64,000 nt of DNA from the human T2T-CHM13v2.0 reference genome, Homo sapiens (GCF_009914755.1 NC_060947.1); one strand, 5' to 3'; positions 39,881-55,500 are shown, numbered from the stretch's first letter. Notes: generated from the letters alone by a model not told the origin. Numbers and translations: made by a program.

Positions 39881-40836
39881 TGCTTATTAAGTAAAAAGAA
39901 AGCCTTTGGACCTGTTAAGCAGAGGAGTGATGTGATCTGATTCGTGCTTCAGAAAGATCATTCTGACCGCTGAGAGGAGGACAAACAGTGAAGGGCTGGT
40001 GGGAAAAGGTGGCCGCAAGGGGTTGCTGCAGTAGTCCAGTTGAGAGGTGATGGTTAATAGATGGTTAGGCAAGGCTAATAGTGGAGATGGTGAGAAATGT
40101 CTGTATTCATTCTAGATATATTTTGGAGGTAGCAGTAATAGTATGTGCTAATGGAGTTAAAGTAGAAATTAAGGGAGACAGATTAAGGGAAAGGATTAAG
40201 GGTAAGAGATCAAGAATGACTTTCTAGGATTTTGTCCCGGGCAACTGAGTGACTGACGGGTGGTTTTAGTAACTGTGGTAGGGAAGACTGGGGAAGGAAT
40301 AGGTTTGAGGAGTGGAGCAGCTGAAGGCTTCTGTCTTGGCTATGTGAAGTTTGGGATGTCTGTATGACATCTAAGGGAGATGCCAAATAGGCAATCAGAC
40401 TTAGACTTGTAAGTCTAAAGCTCAAGGATGAAGTCAGAGCTGGAGATATAAACTTGGTGACATTAGCATGTTGCTCATATTTAAAGCAAGGGACTGAGGA
40501 GCTGTCCTCAGGAGAGAATATAGAGAGAGAAGAGGAGAGGACCAGACCACCCCTCCCACACTTGAGCATTTGGAGGTGAGACACAGGAGAAGGGGCCAGA
40601 AAAAGAGATCGAGAAGGAGTGCTCAGTGATGCAGGAGAAAAACATGAGAAGGTGAGTTTCTGGAAGGCTAGAAAAGAAAATATTTCAAGAAGGAATGGTC
40701 AAAAAAAAAAAAAAGAAAAAAAAGGAAGGGTCAGCTGTGCCAAATGCTGCTAGAAGGTGAGACTGAGGACAGAAAGCCGGCCATTGCCTTTGTCAAGTGG
40801 GAGGTTGTTGGTGATCTTTATTAAAAGTCATTTCAG

Positions 40837-41139
<303 letters not shown>

Positions 41140-41897
41140 GTCATTTCAGCAGAGTGCTGTGGATTCAACCCAAATGGAGGGAGTGGAGAAGAGAATGGGA
41201 GGAAAGGATGTAGAGGCAGCAACCATGGGCACCTATTTTGAGGAGTTTTGTTGTGAAAGAGAATAGAGAATAGGGCAGATTCTGGAAGAGAATGTAAGGT
41301 TATGGGAAGGGTTTTTTTAAATGGGTATTTATTATTGAATCTGGTTGCATAATCATGGGATACTGCAGAATAGAGAAAGGGCTGTGCAAGAGAAGAGAGG
41401 ACGATTACAGGGTTGGAGCCCTGGAGTAGACTGTTTCCATTGGAGAGATGCAACCAAATTGCTTTTGGTTGGGCAATTCAATTGATCAACGCAATTAGGG
41501 AGGCTAACATCATGTTTAGCCTTGCATTGTGTGCAGCAGTTTCTGCATCTCACTCCATCAAGCCATCACACATTTTGTACTTCTGTTCAGTTGCAGAACT
41601 GGACTAAGTTTTAAGGGGATTCGTGCAGAACTATCTGCTTAAGTCACCTGTTGAACAGCAGTGGAGACTAGGCACGGCAGAGGTGAGCAGCAACCCTCAT
41701 CAATTCAGGAGCATATGTGAACACACCCTAGGGACTTCTAAAAATACTTTTCAGGAAGAAAATAGACCTTGAAAGGATTTGGAAGTCTTACAAATGTAGG
41801 TGATTAAGGGATCTAGTGGAATTTGAACACTGATATAGAGGTGACCTCACTTGTACCCAGAGATTCAGAGGCTCTGGTAAAGTGAAGTACCCTTAGG

Positions 41898-42072
41898 TCG
41901 GTGCTTCCTAAACTTTAGCATGCAAAATCCAAGGGGCTGTTAAAACACTGGGCTCAACCCCAGAAGTTTCGACTTAGTAGGTTTGAGGTGGGGCCTGAGA
42001 ATCTGTATTTCTCAAAAGCTCCCAGGTGGTGCTGCTGCTGCAGCGCCAGAGACCACACTTTAAGAGCCACTG
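41898..42072. mobile_element. MER5A-like hAT-Charlie MITE
   Basis: ggtggggcctgagaatctgtatttctcaaaagctcccaggtg...accacactttaagagccactg. Confidence 0.8.
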
Positions 42073-42446
42073 GCACAAAGAAGGGACTGATCCCTTCTTG
42101 ATGGGGGAAGTGAGGAAAAGCTTCATAAGAAAGGCAAATGAGCTGCAAAGATGCACATATGTTGGACAAGCCAAGAACAGGAGGAGAGGAGGCTCTTATT
42201 TGTTCACTTTGGTGGCAGCTTAAGCTAAATTGATCATGTGGCGATCAACGTTGATTGTTAGCAAAACTAATGAACACATCTGCTGTGCTACCAACCATCA
42301 CCTCCCGAAATTTCCTCTTGTCCCTTTTATTATTATTATTTGTTGTAGGAACACTTAACATCTACTCTCTTAGTGGATAGAGCATGAGCTAAATTTTCTC
42401 AGCACACACTCACAGGTAACTTTGTAGATGTTAATAGATAATGTTA

Positions 42447-42829
<383 letters not shown>

Positions 42830-43480
42830 CACCAAGTTGTACACCTTTTAAAAAAAATCTTATTTTAACAGAGATAGCCTATTACTTTCAACACATCACG
42901 AAGAGCCACACCAATCTCTCAATACCAAAAACTAAAGGGAGATGTCCTCCCTAAACAAGGAAATAATAGATTTGATGTTCTAAATTAGAAAATGAAAATG
43001 AAACAAAACTTCAGAGGACTCCATCTTCTTCTCCTAGCCATTACCAACTCAGGGTTATAAATATCCTCTTTAAATAAAACTCAAAACTGCAACTTTAAAA
43101 AAAGATCTACCCTTTTAGCAGATTTTAAGTATACAATACAGTATCATTAGCTATGGGCACTATGCTGTATAATAGATCTCCAGAACTTATTTATCTTACA
43201 TAACTGAAATTGTCTACTCTTTAATCATTAATGCTCAGGGGTTCTTAACCAAAGATTTGCCTTAATCTCTCTTGAGTGTGCAGCTTGGTATTTGCCCATT
43301 ATTATGAGGAGTGAAGATTATGAAATACTGATTTTAAGTAATGCAGTCTTAATGGAGATGTTAGTTTTACCAATTAACTATGACGTAAAAAGATTTGGAT
43401 GATGCCCGGCTATTTCTGTACTGCAAATTTAGATTCTGTGAATCTCAATTGATTTATAAAGGAGGAAAGAAGGGGGGATA

Positions 43481-43790
43481 GCCGGGCACGGTGGCTCATG
43501 CCTGTAATCCCAGCACTTTGGAAGGCCGAGGCGGGCGGATCACGAGGTCAGGAGATTGAGACCATCCTGGCTAACACAGTGAAACCCCGTCTCTACTAAA
43601 AATACAAAAAAATTAGCCGGGCGTGGTGGTGGGCGCCTGTAGTCCCGCGGCTACTCGGGAGGCTGAGGCAGGAGAATGGCGTGAACCCAGGAGGCTGAGC
43701 TTGCTAGTGAGCCGAGATCGCGCCACTGCACTCCAGCCTGGGCAACAGGGCGAGACTCCATCTCAAAAAAAAAAAAAAAAAAAGAAAGAA
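43481..43790 (+). mobile_element. AluY-like element
   Basis: AluY-type features gatcacgaggtcaggagat, accatcctggctaacac, gagaatggcgtgaaccc. Confidence 0.93.
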
Positions 43791-44279
43791 AGAATAAAAG
43801 AAAGGGGGACACATGTGTTTTATTTCCTACCATAAAATATAATAGATGATTAATAAACATTTCAGAAAAATAACCACTGTTCCCTTCCTCTTATTCCAGA
43901 AAACCTTTGCTTATTTAATAGCTTAAGGGTCTACCCATCCTATGAAGACACAGTTTTACTGTCCCTTGCTATAGACTGATATTCTTTTGTTCGGTTTAGT
44001 TAAGTTTAGTTTTTAAATTAAGCAAAGACCAGTAGCATTATTAGTGTCTTTGGAGGTTTGCACAGATGAACACTGTTCATGCTGAAACATCCTAGTTGAC
44101 TTGCAGTTATCTTATTACAAATTAGAATTTTTTTATTAAATGCAAGTTTCTCTTAAAATATATTTTAATATATTTAAAGAAATGGTATTTCTTTAAATTA
44201 GATTTCATAAAGTGGGTTTGCCGCATCATAACTCAAAATTTATGTATTTATGTAAAATTTATGTAAACAAACTTTAAAT

Positions 44280-44900
44280 TATTTTAAATTTTGATAGATT
44301 TTGCCAAATTGCCCTCCAGAAATGTTGAATTAATTTACACTCACAAGAGTATGAGAGTGTTCTATTCCCATATTTTTGTTAATACTAGGTATTACTGACC
44401 TTCTAAGCTTTTGCCAATCTAATAGTTGAAAATGGTATCTTATTTTAATTTGTTCTTTCCTGATAAGAAAGTTAAGTATTGTTTTAAATGTTTGTTGACT
44501 CTGTATTTCTTCCTTTTTGATTTGGTTGTTCATATCTTTTGCTCAGTTTTTTGATTTGGTTGTTCATATCTTTTGCTCAGTTTCCTGTTGGCTTATTTGC
44601 CTTTTTTAATGATTCATAGAAGTTTTTTATATTATGGATAGAAACCATATGGTACTGCAAGTAGATTCTCTCAGTCTGCTCTTTGTCTTGTAACTTTATA
44701 TTGGTTTTAGGTACACAGAAGCTCACCTTGTGTCAACTGGTAAATCTTTCTCTTTATGACTCCTGAGCTTCATGTCAGAGTTGGAAAGGCCTTCCCCACT
44801 TCAATATTACATTTATTGTGATATATTTCCCATACATACATTTCTATATATTATTTTAGCAGTTTAATAGTTTAATTTTTTATGTTTACATCTTTAACCT
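44280..44900 (-). mobile_element. Old L1 (L1M-type) fragment
   Basis: ttgccaaattgccctccagaa...aatttacactc...gtatgagagtg...ttttaatttg antisense L1 motifs. Confidence 0.7.
44514..44580. repeat. Tandem duplication of a 33-bp unit
   Basis: tttttgatttggttgttcatatcttttgctcag occurs twice, separated by one T. Confidence 0.95.
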
Positions 44901-44917
44901 TATAGTATTTCCTTTCA

Positions 44918-45407
<490 letters not shown>

Positions 45408-48400
45408 TCAAAAGAGAGATTACAGAATCAGAGGAGAGATCCCAGAACCAATCAATCCCTGAGGTAATCTGAGATTTAGGGTTTGAACAAAGGAGACTGA
45501 GAAGAAAGCTAGTGAGGTCAGAGAAAAACAGTACAAGGTGGTGCCATAAAGTGAATAAGAGAATGTTTGAAGAAGAAAGAAAACTGATCAACTCTGTTGA
45601 ATGCCTCTAAGAGATTGAGTAGGATAAAGACAAAGAAGTAGGAATGGATTTAGTAACAGTGAGATGATTGGTGACTTTGACAAAAGTAGATACACTGGAA
45701 AATGGAAGTTTAATGGAGTGGGTTTAGGAGTGAATGGAAGTGAGAAGTAGAGATAGTGACCAAACATGGACAAGTTCAAGAAGTTTTGCTACAAAGGGGA
45801 TCATAAAAATGAAAATAGAGATGTGGGAGGGGTGTAAGAAGCGGGAGATACATGGGCATATTTGAATGAAGATGGGAATGATCCAATAGAGATGGAAAAA
45901 TTGAGGGGGGAGAGAAAGGGGATAATCAAGTTTTAAGATAGGCCTTAAACCTGATGCTTTTCCCCAATGAATAGCCAGTTGTCTCGATATCATCATTTGA
46001 TTAATCCATCTGTTCCTCGGTAATTTGAAACCTCTAAAAATATGAAATTCCCATATATATTTGTACTCTATATTCTGTTCCACTGATCTTCCATGACTTG
46101 GTCTTCCAAACTGCTAAGACAGTTTTCAAGTTATTTCCATTGCTATTTATCTATTTTATTGAGTTATTTTATTTCAGCAATTATGTTTTCAATTTGTAAG
46201 AACTCTGTCTTATTCTCTGATTACTTCTTTTTCATAGCTCACCAATTTTACCCTATGAATGCAATATTATCTTTGACATCTCTCAAGATGCTAATTAGGA
46301 TTTTTCAAACATATTTGCTTCTGTGTTCCACATTCACTTTTCCCTCAGAAGTCCACTGTTTTGCCTTGTCATCTTAGTGTTTCTGTATCATGCTGTCGGT
46401 TTTTCTTAAATGTCTGGTGACTGGCCATTGATACAGAGGTCTAGATTGCTATATTTTGGTAACTGGTTTGGGGTCCTCAGCAGTTATGGAGGTTACCATT
46501 CACCTGACAGGCCTCCTCTCTGAATGTGACAGAGATGTGCAGGTGAATGGTTGGGGGTGAGCCAACAGGAGGGCTCCTATTTATGAAATGTGGATTGGAT
46601 AGGCACATTTGTGTTGCAGTTTGGGTAGCTAGTAGCTTAGAGGTTGGGAAAGCCTCTTATTGGGTGTATACTGCTTTAGAGGACTTAACTGCTAGACCTA
46701 GATGGCTTTTGTCTCCATATCCTTATGATGGCCTCTAAATTACCTGGGCAGTCCCACTTCACTCTCCAACCACAAAGTCCCTGGTAGGCTCCCTCTCTAT
46801 GCAAAAGAAGAGCTTTATTTAGAAAGCTATTCTCACTGGCTATAGCCAGGGGTGAATACTACAGCAAGACACTGTGCACAGAGTTGGAACATGGCCCAGA
46901 AGCTTTGGCAGACCTTCGACTCACTTCTCTGCTTTCTGCTCCATGACTCACTCTAGCTTCTAGCCTCTGCAAACTCTGAGCTTTTTCTGGTGCTTCATTT
47001 GGAAGATACATGATCATTTCTCCAATATGCTTCTCCTATTTCTATGTTAGCAGGGCACGGGTTCCACATTATAATTTTCAGACATTTCCTACTATTTCAG
47101 TGAGGTCACATAACATAGCACAGACCCTAGAGGCCAGACTGCCTGGCTTGGACAAGCTATGTAACTTCTCTGTGGCTCTGTTTACTCAATTTTTAAAAAT
47201 GAGATAATAATAGTACCTGCCTTATAGAACTATTTAAATGCTTTAATACATGTCAATTGCTTAGTGTATTACCTAGCCCACTGTATTTTTCTGGTCTGCT
47301 GGTGATACCTTTTCTGGCTTTCCAGCACTGCTCTAGATTATTTTCTTCTTATTTTTATATTTATTTCGGCATTTTAGTGAGAGTTTGGAACGAACATGAG
47401 ATTAAATACAGTGGCTTCATTTATCTCCTTAAACTGGAAGCAAGCACTTGTATTTGAAAACATAATGGAATGAACATTCTAAGTTAGTTTTCTAACATTT
47501 TGGACTTTACCCTCTCTTGATTTACTTAGAGTAGCTGTAAGAAACCTTAGAGATCATCTAACAGAGCACCCTCACTTAAAAAAATGGGCAAAGGAATGAG
47601 AAATAACTTCCCCAAGGTTGAAAATCTATTTAGGAAAAGATCTCAGACTAGAGTCAAGATCTCTTGCCTCCTAGTGCAATTTCCCTACCACTAAAAATAA
47701 GTAAATAAATAATGGCTAACACATTTGCCAAGATTAGAAACTCCATTATATCTGCGTGCGTCCTATGTCTTTCCTCCTCTTAGAACAGTGCCTCCTTCTA
47801 TTGAAAGCCAATCCTTCCACCTGAACTTTGATCCCATCCTCTCCACCTGCTTTCTCCAGAATTTTATATTATTAGTAACACTTTATTTCTGTGGTATATT
47901 CAACCTCTTGCTCTAACTGGATCCTTTCCATTGGCCTTTAATGATGTCAATACCTATCCCTTTAAGAAAAAGAAACAAAAAACTCATTTAGCCCGCCGAA
48001 TCCCATCCCCAGATTCTCTTCTGTCTCTCCACTCTTCCACCTCCAAACTCCTACAAAGTACTCTCCATATTGTCAGTACCAGCTCTTCCTCTCCACTTCT
48101 CTCATCCCACTTCAATCTGCCTTTGGCCTCAACACTCCAGCAAAGACTTCTCACTAAGGTCACTTATGACCTCCATGCTGCTAAATCCAACAGACATTTT
48201 TATTAGACTGTTCTACTTCTCAGCAGCATTTGGTACAGGTGATCAGTTCCTCCATCTTCAAATACATTCTTCTTTAGGCTTTAGGATTCTAGCATCCCTC
48301 TGGTTTTTTTCCTACCTCCTTGCCCATTCTTTATAAGTAATGTTTGCTGGCTCATCACTTCCATGTGGCCAGTAAATGTTGCAGTTACACAAAGCTTGGT

Positions 48401-48653
48401 CTTATCCCTGTTTATGTTTCACTGTCTGCTCTCTCTGGGTAAGTTATAGCCCAAGGCTTTAACAGCCATCTGTATACGGCTGGCCCCTAAATGTATATCT
48501 CTAACTCAGATCCCTCTCCTGAATAACTGACTTCTGTTATCACTCAAAATCTACATGCTCAAAATGGAAGTCTTTATTCCCTCTCCTAAACATGACACTC
48601 TTCCAGTGTTTCATATCTCCGTGAAAGGCAGACTCATCAATCAACTTATGTAA

Positions 48654-49169
<516 letters not shown>

Positions 49170-50009
49170 TAAATGTCTCTTGAATCCATCCACTTCTCTC
49201 TACTTCCAACTCCTTTTCCCCAACCTCCAGATGCAGCTACTGTCGTCTCTTCCCTAGACAATGAGAACAGTTCTCTAACTGGCCTACTCACATTCACTGA
49301 CTCCTTCAATCTTTTCTGCCTACTGCAGCCAGACTGGTGTTTTTCAAAATGCACATCTGATTATTTCATTCCCACTCCCACCGCTTCCCCACACTCCTCA
49401 GCACATATATCTTTAAACCCCTTTAAAGGCTTCATATTATTATTAGGAATAAGACAAAACTCTTCAACATGGCCTGCAAAGCCCTGCTTGCTTTGGCTCC
49501 TGCCTGCCTTCCCAGCTCTTCTCCCACTGGTTCCCTCTCATTGCCTCCACTCCAATCACATAGCTTCCTCTGCTCCTGTCACTCGGGTTTGCCACGCCCC
49601 TCCCATTACACTCTTCCCTCCCTTCTTTGCTTGGCTAACTCCTTGTCTTATCAGATCTGAGCTCAAGCATTACTTCCACAGAGAGGGTACCCTGTCTTCC
49701 CTGATGAAGTCAGGGATCCTTATCACAGGCTCTTCTTTTACCAGGCATTGAGTCCTCACCGTTGCAGTTGTACATTTACTTGTGTGAATACTGGGATAAT
49801 TTTTCTCCCACTGCTACTTCTCATGTGTCCATTCAACAAATATTTACTGAGTCCTCACTACTTACCAGGCATTATTTTGGAAAGGGTGACAAACCGTAAA
49901 CAAATAAATGTGTAATATGATACCAAGAGGTGAAAAGTGCTATGAAGAAACACGAAGTGGAGCAACAGGCCAGAGACTTTGAAAGGCTGCTACTTTGGAT
50001 AGGATAGTT

Positions 50010-50560
<551 letters not shown>

Positions 50561-50839
50561 AAGGATAATTAAAGAAGGAAGACATGACTGAGCACAGATT
50601 TGAATGGAGTGAGAGAACTCATCACAGGGATGCCTGGGGGGTGGGCATTCTGGGAAGAGCAAATGGTGAGGGTAAAGACTAGAGGGTGTTTAGCCTGTTC
50701 AAGGAGGAGCCAGGAAGTCAGCGAAGGGGAGTGGAGTGAAGGGGAGAGTGGTAAAAGATAAGAGCAGAGATGGAGGCAGGGACCGGGTCAGGGAGGGCCT
50801 TGTAGGCTATGCTGTGGGAAGAGAAGCAACTAGAAGCTT

Positions 50840-51560
50840 TTTTAATTGATACATAATATTTGTATGTATTTATGGTGTATATGTGATATTTTGCTACATG
50901 TATAGACTGTGTAATGATCAAGTCAGGATATTTGGGATGTCAATCACTTTGAGCATTTTTGTTTGCTTTGTTTTGTTTTGTGTGTGTGTGTGTGTGTGTG
51001 TATGTGTGTGTGTGTGTGTGTGTGTGTTTGAGACAGGATCTTGCTCTGTCACCCAGGCTGGAGTGCAGTGGCATGATCTAGGCTCACTGCAGCCTTGATC
51101 ACCTGAACTCAAGCGATCCTCACCCTCCCCAATAGCTGGGACAACAGGCGTGTGCCACCACACCCAGCTAATTTTTTTTATTATTTGTAGAAACGAGGTT
51201 TTGCCATGTTGCCCAGGCTTGTCTCAAACTCCTGGGCTCATGCGATCCTCCCACCTCAGCCTCCCAAAGTGCTGGAATTATAGGCGGGAGCCACTGCACC
51301 CAGCCTCCACCTTGAGTATTTAGGTGTTGGGAACATTTCAAGTCTTCTCTTCTAGCTATTTTGAAATACATAATACATTGTTGCTAACTATAGACACTCT
51401 ATTCTGCTACCAAACAGTAGAAGGTTTGTTTGAATATAGAAGAATACCTTCTATTTAACTGTAGTTTAGAGCCTCTGTTCTTCTTCCTGCTCCCACCCAC
51501 ACACCCTTCCCAGTGTTTGGTATCTATTCTCTACCCCCATGAGACAAACTTTTTTCATTA
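50840..51560 (-). mobile_element. L1MA-type 3' fragment interrupted by an Alu
   Basis: ttttaattgatacataatatttgtatgtatttatggtgtatatgtgatattttg...tctagctattttgaaatacataatacattgttg. Confidence 0.75.
50957..51305 (-). mobile_element. Alu (AluJ-like) with a (TG)n microsatellite in its tail (~50980-51027)
   Basis: Reverse-complement Alu body preceded by (tg)n. Confidence 0.92.
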
Positions 51561-52589
51561 TAATATTTTAAACAAGGAGTGACTGCATTCCATGTTCTAA
51601 AATGGTCACTATGGCTGTCTTGGGATGAATGGTTTAGAAAGGGGTAAAGGTGGAGGTCAGGAGTCCAGTTAGGAGGCTGTGGTGGTGGTGGTCCTGGGGA
51701 AAAATGATGAGGGCTTGGACTACAGTGAATGTTGGAGAGGTAGTGAGAAAGCACAGATTGGAAAGCATCTGGAAGGCAGAACTTTCAGGATATGTGGATG
51801 TGTTCCTCCAACCCCTCTGGTGTGTTTCCTTCTCACTTACAGGAAAAGCCAAAAGCTGTAGCGTGGCCAATGAGGTCCTATGTTACCTGGTCCTCATCTT
51901 CTTTTCCCCTCACTCCCTCTCTTCTAACCACACTGGCCTGCCTTTCTGTGAACAGATTAAGCACTATCTCATCTTTTGAATTTGATGTTCCCTCAGGTAT
52001 CAGGAAAGCAGGTGTCCATGTGGTTTTTCCCCCTCAGGGTTCTGCTGAAGTGTCACCTTATCAGAAAATCCTTTTTTGGCCACCCTCTATAAATTAGCAC
52101 CTAGCCTACCACTCCCTGTTCTTCTACCCTGCTTAATATCTCTTTATAGTACTTATCACCATCTGGCATTGTAGATATAATGTACATATGTGTATATATA
52201 CACAAAAACATATAACATTTGTATGTATTTATTCCATGAGGACAGGGATTTGGTATGTTTTGTTCACTATAGAACACAACCTCCAGAACAGTGCCTGGCA
52301 CACAGTTGGCATTCAATAAATATTTGTTGAATTAATATTGATGAAGTAGACAAAGAGAGGAGCAAACAATGGTTCCAGGATTTGGGGCCTGAATAATGGT
52401 GCCACTTACTGAGGTAATATTGAGGGGTTTTTAAAATGAGGATTAGGATCCCCTCCTCCAAACCTCCTGCCCTGAATTGCTTTGCGTATTGCAGATTGAG
52501 AGAAGTCCTTTCTCCCTCTTTGGCCAATGGAAGCCTGTGACAAGTCCAGACTCCTAGGGGTCTGAGCTCTCTTTTTCTTCCTATGGAGA

Positions 52590-52950
52590 GAGAGGGAAAA
52601 ACTAGAGATAAACCAAACTGACTCTCAGTTCCTGAGACTGATGTGACATCGGCTTGATCTAAACCCCAAAGCTGATGTTTTATTTGTTGTTGACTCTGTG
52701 TATGGTTTTGGACAAACAATTGGCCTCCCAGTTTAAGAGACAATCTCACAAAATGCTTTTTTTAAACCAAAAAGAAAGAAATGAAAAAAAAAAAAAAAGA
52801 GCTACCATGTTCCTCATTCCTGCAGGTGCCCAACCAGGTTGACTTGTTGGAGTACATTTTCTGCATTCTTAATAGATAGCTAGCAGGAAACGCCTTGTAC
52901 AGTCCCAGCTAGAGGGGCGGAAAGTAACAAGGAGGTGGGGGTACAAATCC
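52590..52950 (+). promoter_or_regulatory. VGLL1: Putative VGLL1 proximal promoter
   Basis: GC box/ETS-like gaggggcggaaagt (~52912), M-CAT CATTCC (52815) and CATTCT (52864), GATA AGATAA (~52606), directly upstream of the exon-1 donor. Confidence 0.55.
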
Positions 52951-53053
52951 TCAGCTCCTGCTTCCGCAAGCACTAACCTGCTCTGAAGTGAGCCAGGCAG
53001 CTCTGGCCATCTTTTCCCAGCCACAGAATCAGGTGATGGTCCAGAATTAAGAG
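52950..53053 (+). other. VGLL1: Probable VGLL1 non-coding exon 1 (start approximate)
   Basis: Strong donor gag|gtaaga at 53053/53054; next exon acceptor ccacag|ctgtc at 56744/56745 upstream of the ATG. Confidence 0.7.
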
Positions 53054-53330
53054 GTAAGAGAATCTGGGGATTTTTTTGGGGGGAGAAGCAAAGAAACTTA
53101 ACTGGGAAGAAATGGGGGTAGTCATCAAATACTTTGCTCAATGAGATACAATCTGGTCCCCTTGGGGATTTCGTTCCAAGTGATTGGTTTGACAAACTAA
53201 CCCCTCTGACTTCCCACCCTACCCCAGACTGCTAGGTACCATTTTGGAGAAGTGCGGTAAGTGCGTCCATGCAGGCAGATTGTGGTAGAGTTCTGGCCAA
53301 AATGCTGGTTTGGGATTCTGTGCTCAAATA

Positions 53331-53332
53331 TT

Positions 53333-53412
<80 letters not shown>

Positions 53413-53466
53413 TTTCTTTCTTTCTTCTTTCTTTCTTTCATTTTTTGTTCTTTCTTTTTTTTTTTT
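53331..53466. repeat. (TTTC)20 tetranucleotide microsatellite with degenerate T-rich extension
   Basis: Pure TTTC from 53331 to 53410. Confidence 0.97.
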
Positions 53467-54574
53467 CAGAAGTGTGGGCAATATTTGAGGGAGCACTTTC
53501 TGTCTTTGTATCTTGTGAGATGGGGAAGTTGCAAACTGCCTGTTGTTTAGTAATTATGCCGTTCTGGCGGTACCACTGGTAAAACTTGGCCTTGGGGTTT
53601 TGTCTACTACGAGAGGCTTTTGCTATAAGCCAGGCACTGATATGGAAACATCTTCTCTGGGAGACAGCCACCCTTTCTTTAGCCTCACTGACATCCCCTT
53701 CTATCCAGCTTTGCAGCATCTCTTTCTCCTAGGCGAGACACACCCCAGCAATTAATTCATGAATGAAGAGACCTCTTATGGAGGGCTCATTTGAGGATGA
53801 AGCTCCTCATGTTTCTCCAGAGGTAGAGTGAGATGCAGTTCTTCATAGGACTAAGCCAATGACAGTTCTCAGAATTTTAATATTCCTCAAATACAGTTTC
53901 TCTCCACTTTGGTCCAAGTGCAGCCCAGGGAGTTGCTTGTGAGCCGATCCAGAGAAGTGGCCTATGGCTTTCCTTTTGATTGTGTGCGGTGTGGTTGGGG
54001 AGGAAAAGAAGGGCATAGGTGGTACTTATTCAGTGAATACTGAATTTATTATTCAGGATGCCCAATTGCCCACGGACTGAGCTCTCCAAGGTGAAGAGGC
54101 TGAAACACCACCTCTGACTTTCTCCATCTCTAATATTTCCTGACTGTAGCCAGTTGGCCTGGGGCATCTGTGGATTCTACCCAAGGACACTAGGCACATG
54201 CTTCAGGGCCCTAATGTCCTCAGGGTCCTACCAGCTCCTTCCCTTGTGGCTTCAAGGGGAGTTAGCAAAGAGAGATTGCAAGCTGTGTCAAGCCTGAACC
54301 TTGAGCAGTGGCCACTGGAAATTCTGAGAATGAGAGGGTGAGTCCTCCAAAGTTGTTCACTGGCCCTTCCAGCAGCAGACAGAGGCTTCAAGGAGAAGCC
54401 CTGAGGGAGCAGACAGAGTTGGGAGTTGCTGCCTGCGTTATCTGAAGGAAACCAGATGGCTGGTTTAGGGTTCTGGCTTGAGGCCCCCTAGGGATTAGGA
54501 GATAGATGGAGAGACTGAGGCCCATAGAGGAGAAGGGACTATTAGACCCAATGGGTAGTCAATAAGGGATGGTA

Positions 54575-54790
54575 AAGGTAGGACAGAAGTTAACGCCAGA
54601 AAGACCTAGGTTGAAATCCCAGCTCTGCCACTCCCCAGTTGTGTAGCCTAGGCAGTCTATTTCACCTTCTTTAAGACCCAAATTGCTCATCTGTAAAATG
54701 GGGATAACAATACCTAATTTGAGGATTATGAAGATTGGAGAAGATAGCTGTGTAGTTTCTGGCACACAGTAGGTGTTCTGTAAACTGCAG
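54575..54790 (+). mobile_element. MIR SINE
   Basis: agacctaggttgaaatcccagctctgccact...ctcatctgtaaaatggggataacaatacct. Confidence 0.85.
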
Positions 54791-54889
54791 CTTTAAAAAA
54801 GTACTGCCTCCATGCTTCTCATTGCTTTATAATTCATAACACCTTGGTTTTTATTTCTGTCCCTTCAAGTATCAGAATAGATCATGAGC

Positions 54890-55500
54890 TTTTTCTCTAA
54901 ATAAAGGAATAATTTACCTACAGTGAAATGCATAGGTCTTACGTGTAAAATTTGATGAGTTTTAACAAATTTATCCATTCATGTAGTAACCATCTCCCTC
55001 ATCAAGATGTAGAACCTTTCCAACACCCCTGAGGGCTCCCTCATGCCCTTTCCTAGTCAATCTCTCAATCTCTACCCTACAGGCAACCACAGTTCTGAAT
55101 TTCATCACCGCAGATTATTTGTGCTTGTTTCATGTATGTGAAATTGTACAATATGTGGCCTTTAGTGTCTGGATTCTTTCACTCAACATGTTTTTGAGAT
55201 TCATACATGCTGTTGTGTAGATTGGTAGTTTGTTTGTTTGTTCTTTTGCTGAGTAACATTCCATTGTATAAATATGTCACAGCTAATTTATTTATTCTCC
55301 TGGTGATAAACATGTGGGTACTTTCCATTTTTGGTTACTATGAAGAAAGCTGCTGTGAACATTCAAGTACATGTCTTTGTGTGGACATAGTTTTTATTTC
55401 TCTTGGCTATGTGTACCTAGAAGTGAGATTGCTGGGTCACAAGATAAGAATATGTTTAACTTTATAAGAAATTACCAGTTTTTCAAAGCATTTGTTCACA
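54890..55500 (-). mobile_element. Old L1 (L1M-type) 3' fragment
   Basis: aatttacctacagtgaaatgcata...ctttcactcaacatgtttttgagattcat...gctgctgtgaacattc. Confidence 0.8.

Noticed and set aside
41305-41340. Minus-strand AATAAA followed by an A run, suggesting a processed pseudogene end
   Set aside because: The T run matches an internal L2 motif (gggtttttttaa), L2-like sequence continues on both sides, and no target duplication is visible
53197-53582. KERK- and FLSF-repeat ORFs
   Set aside because: Translation of the (TTTC)n microsatellite
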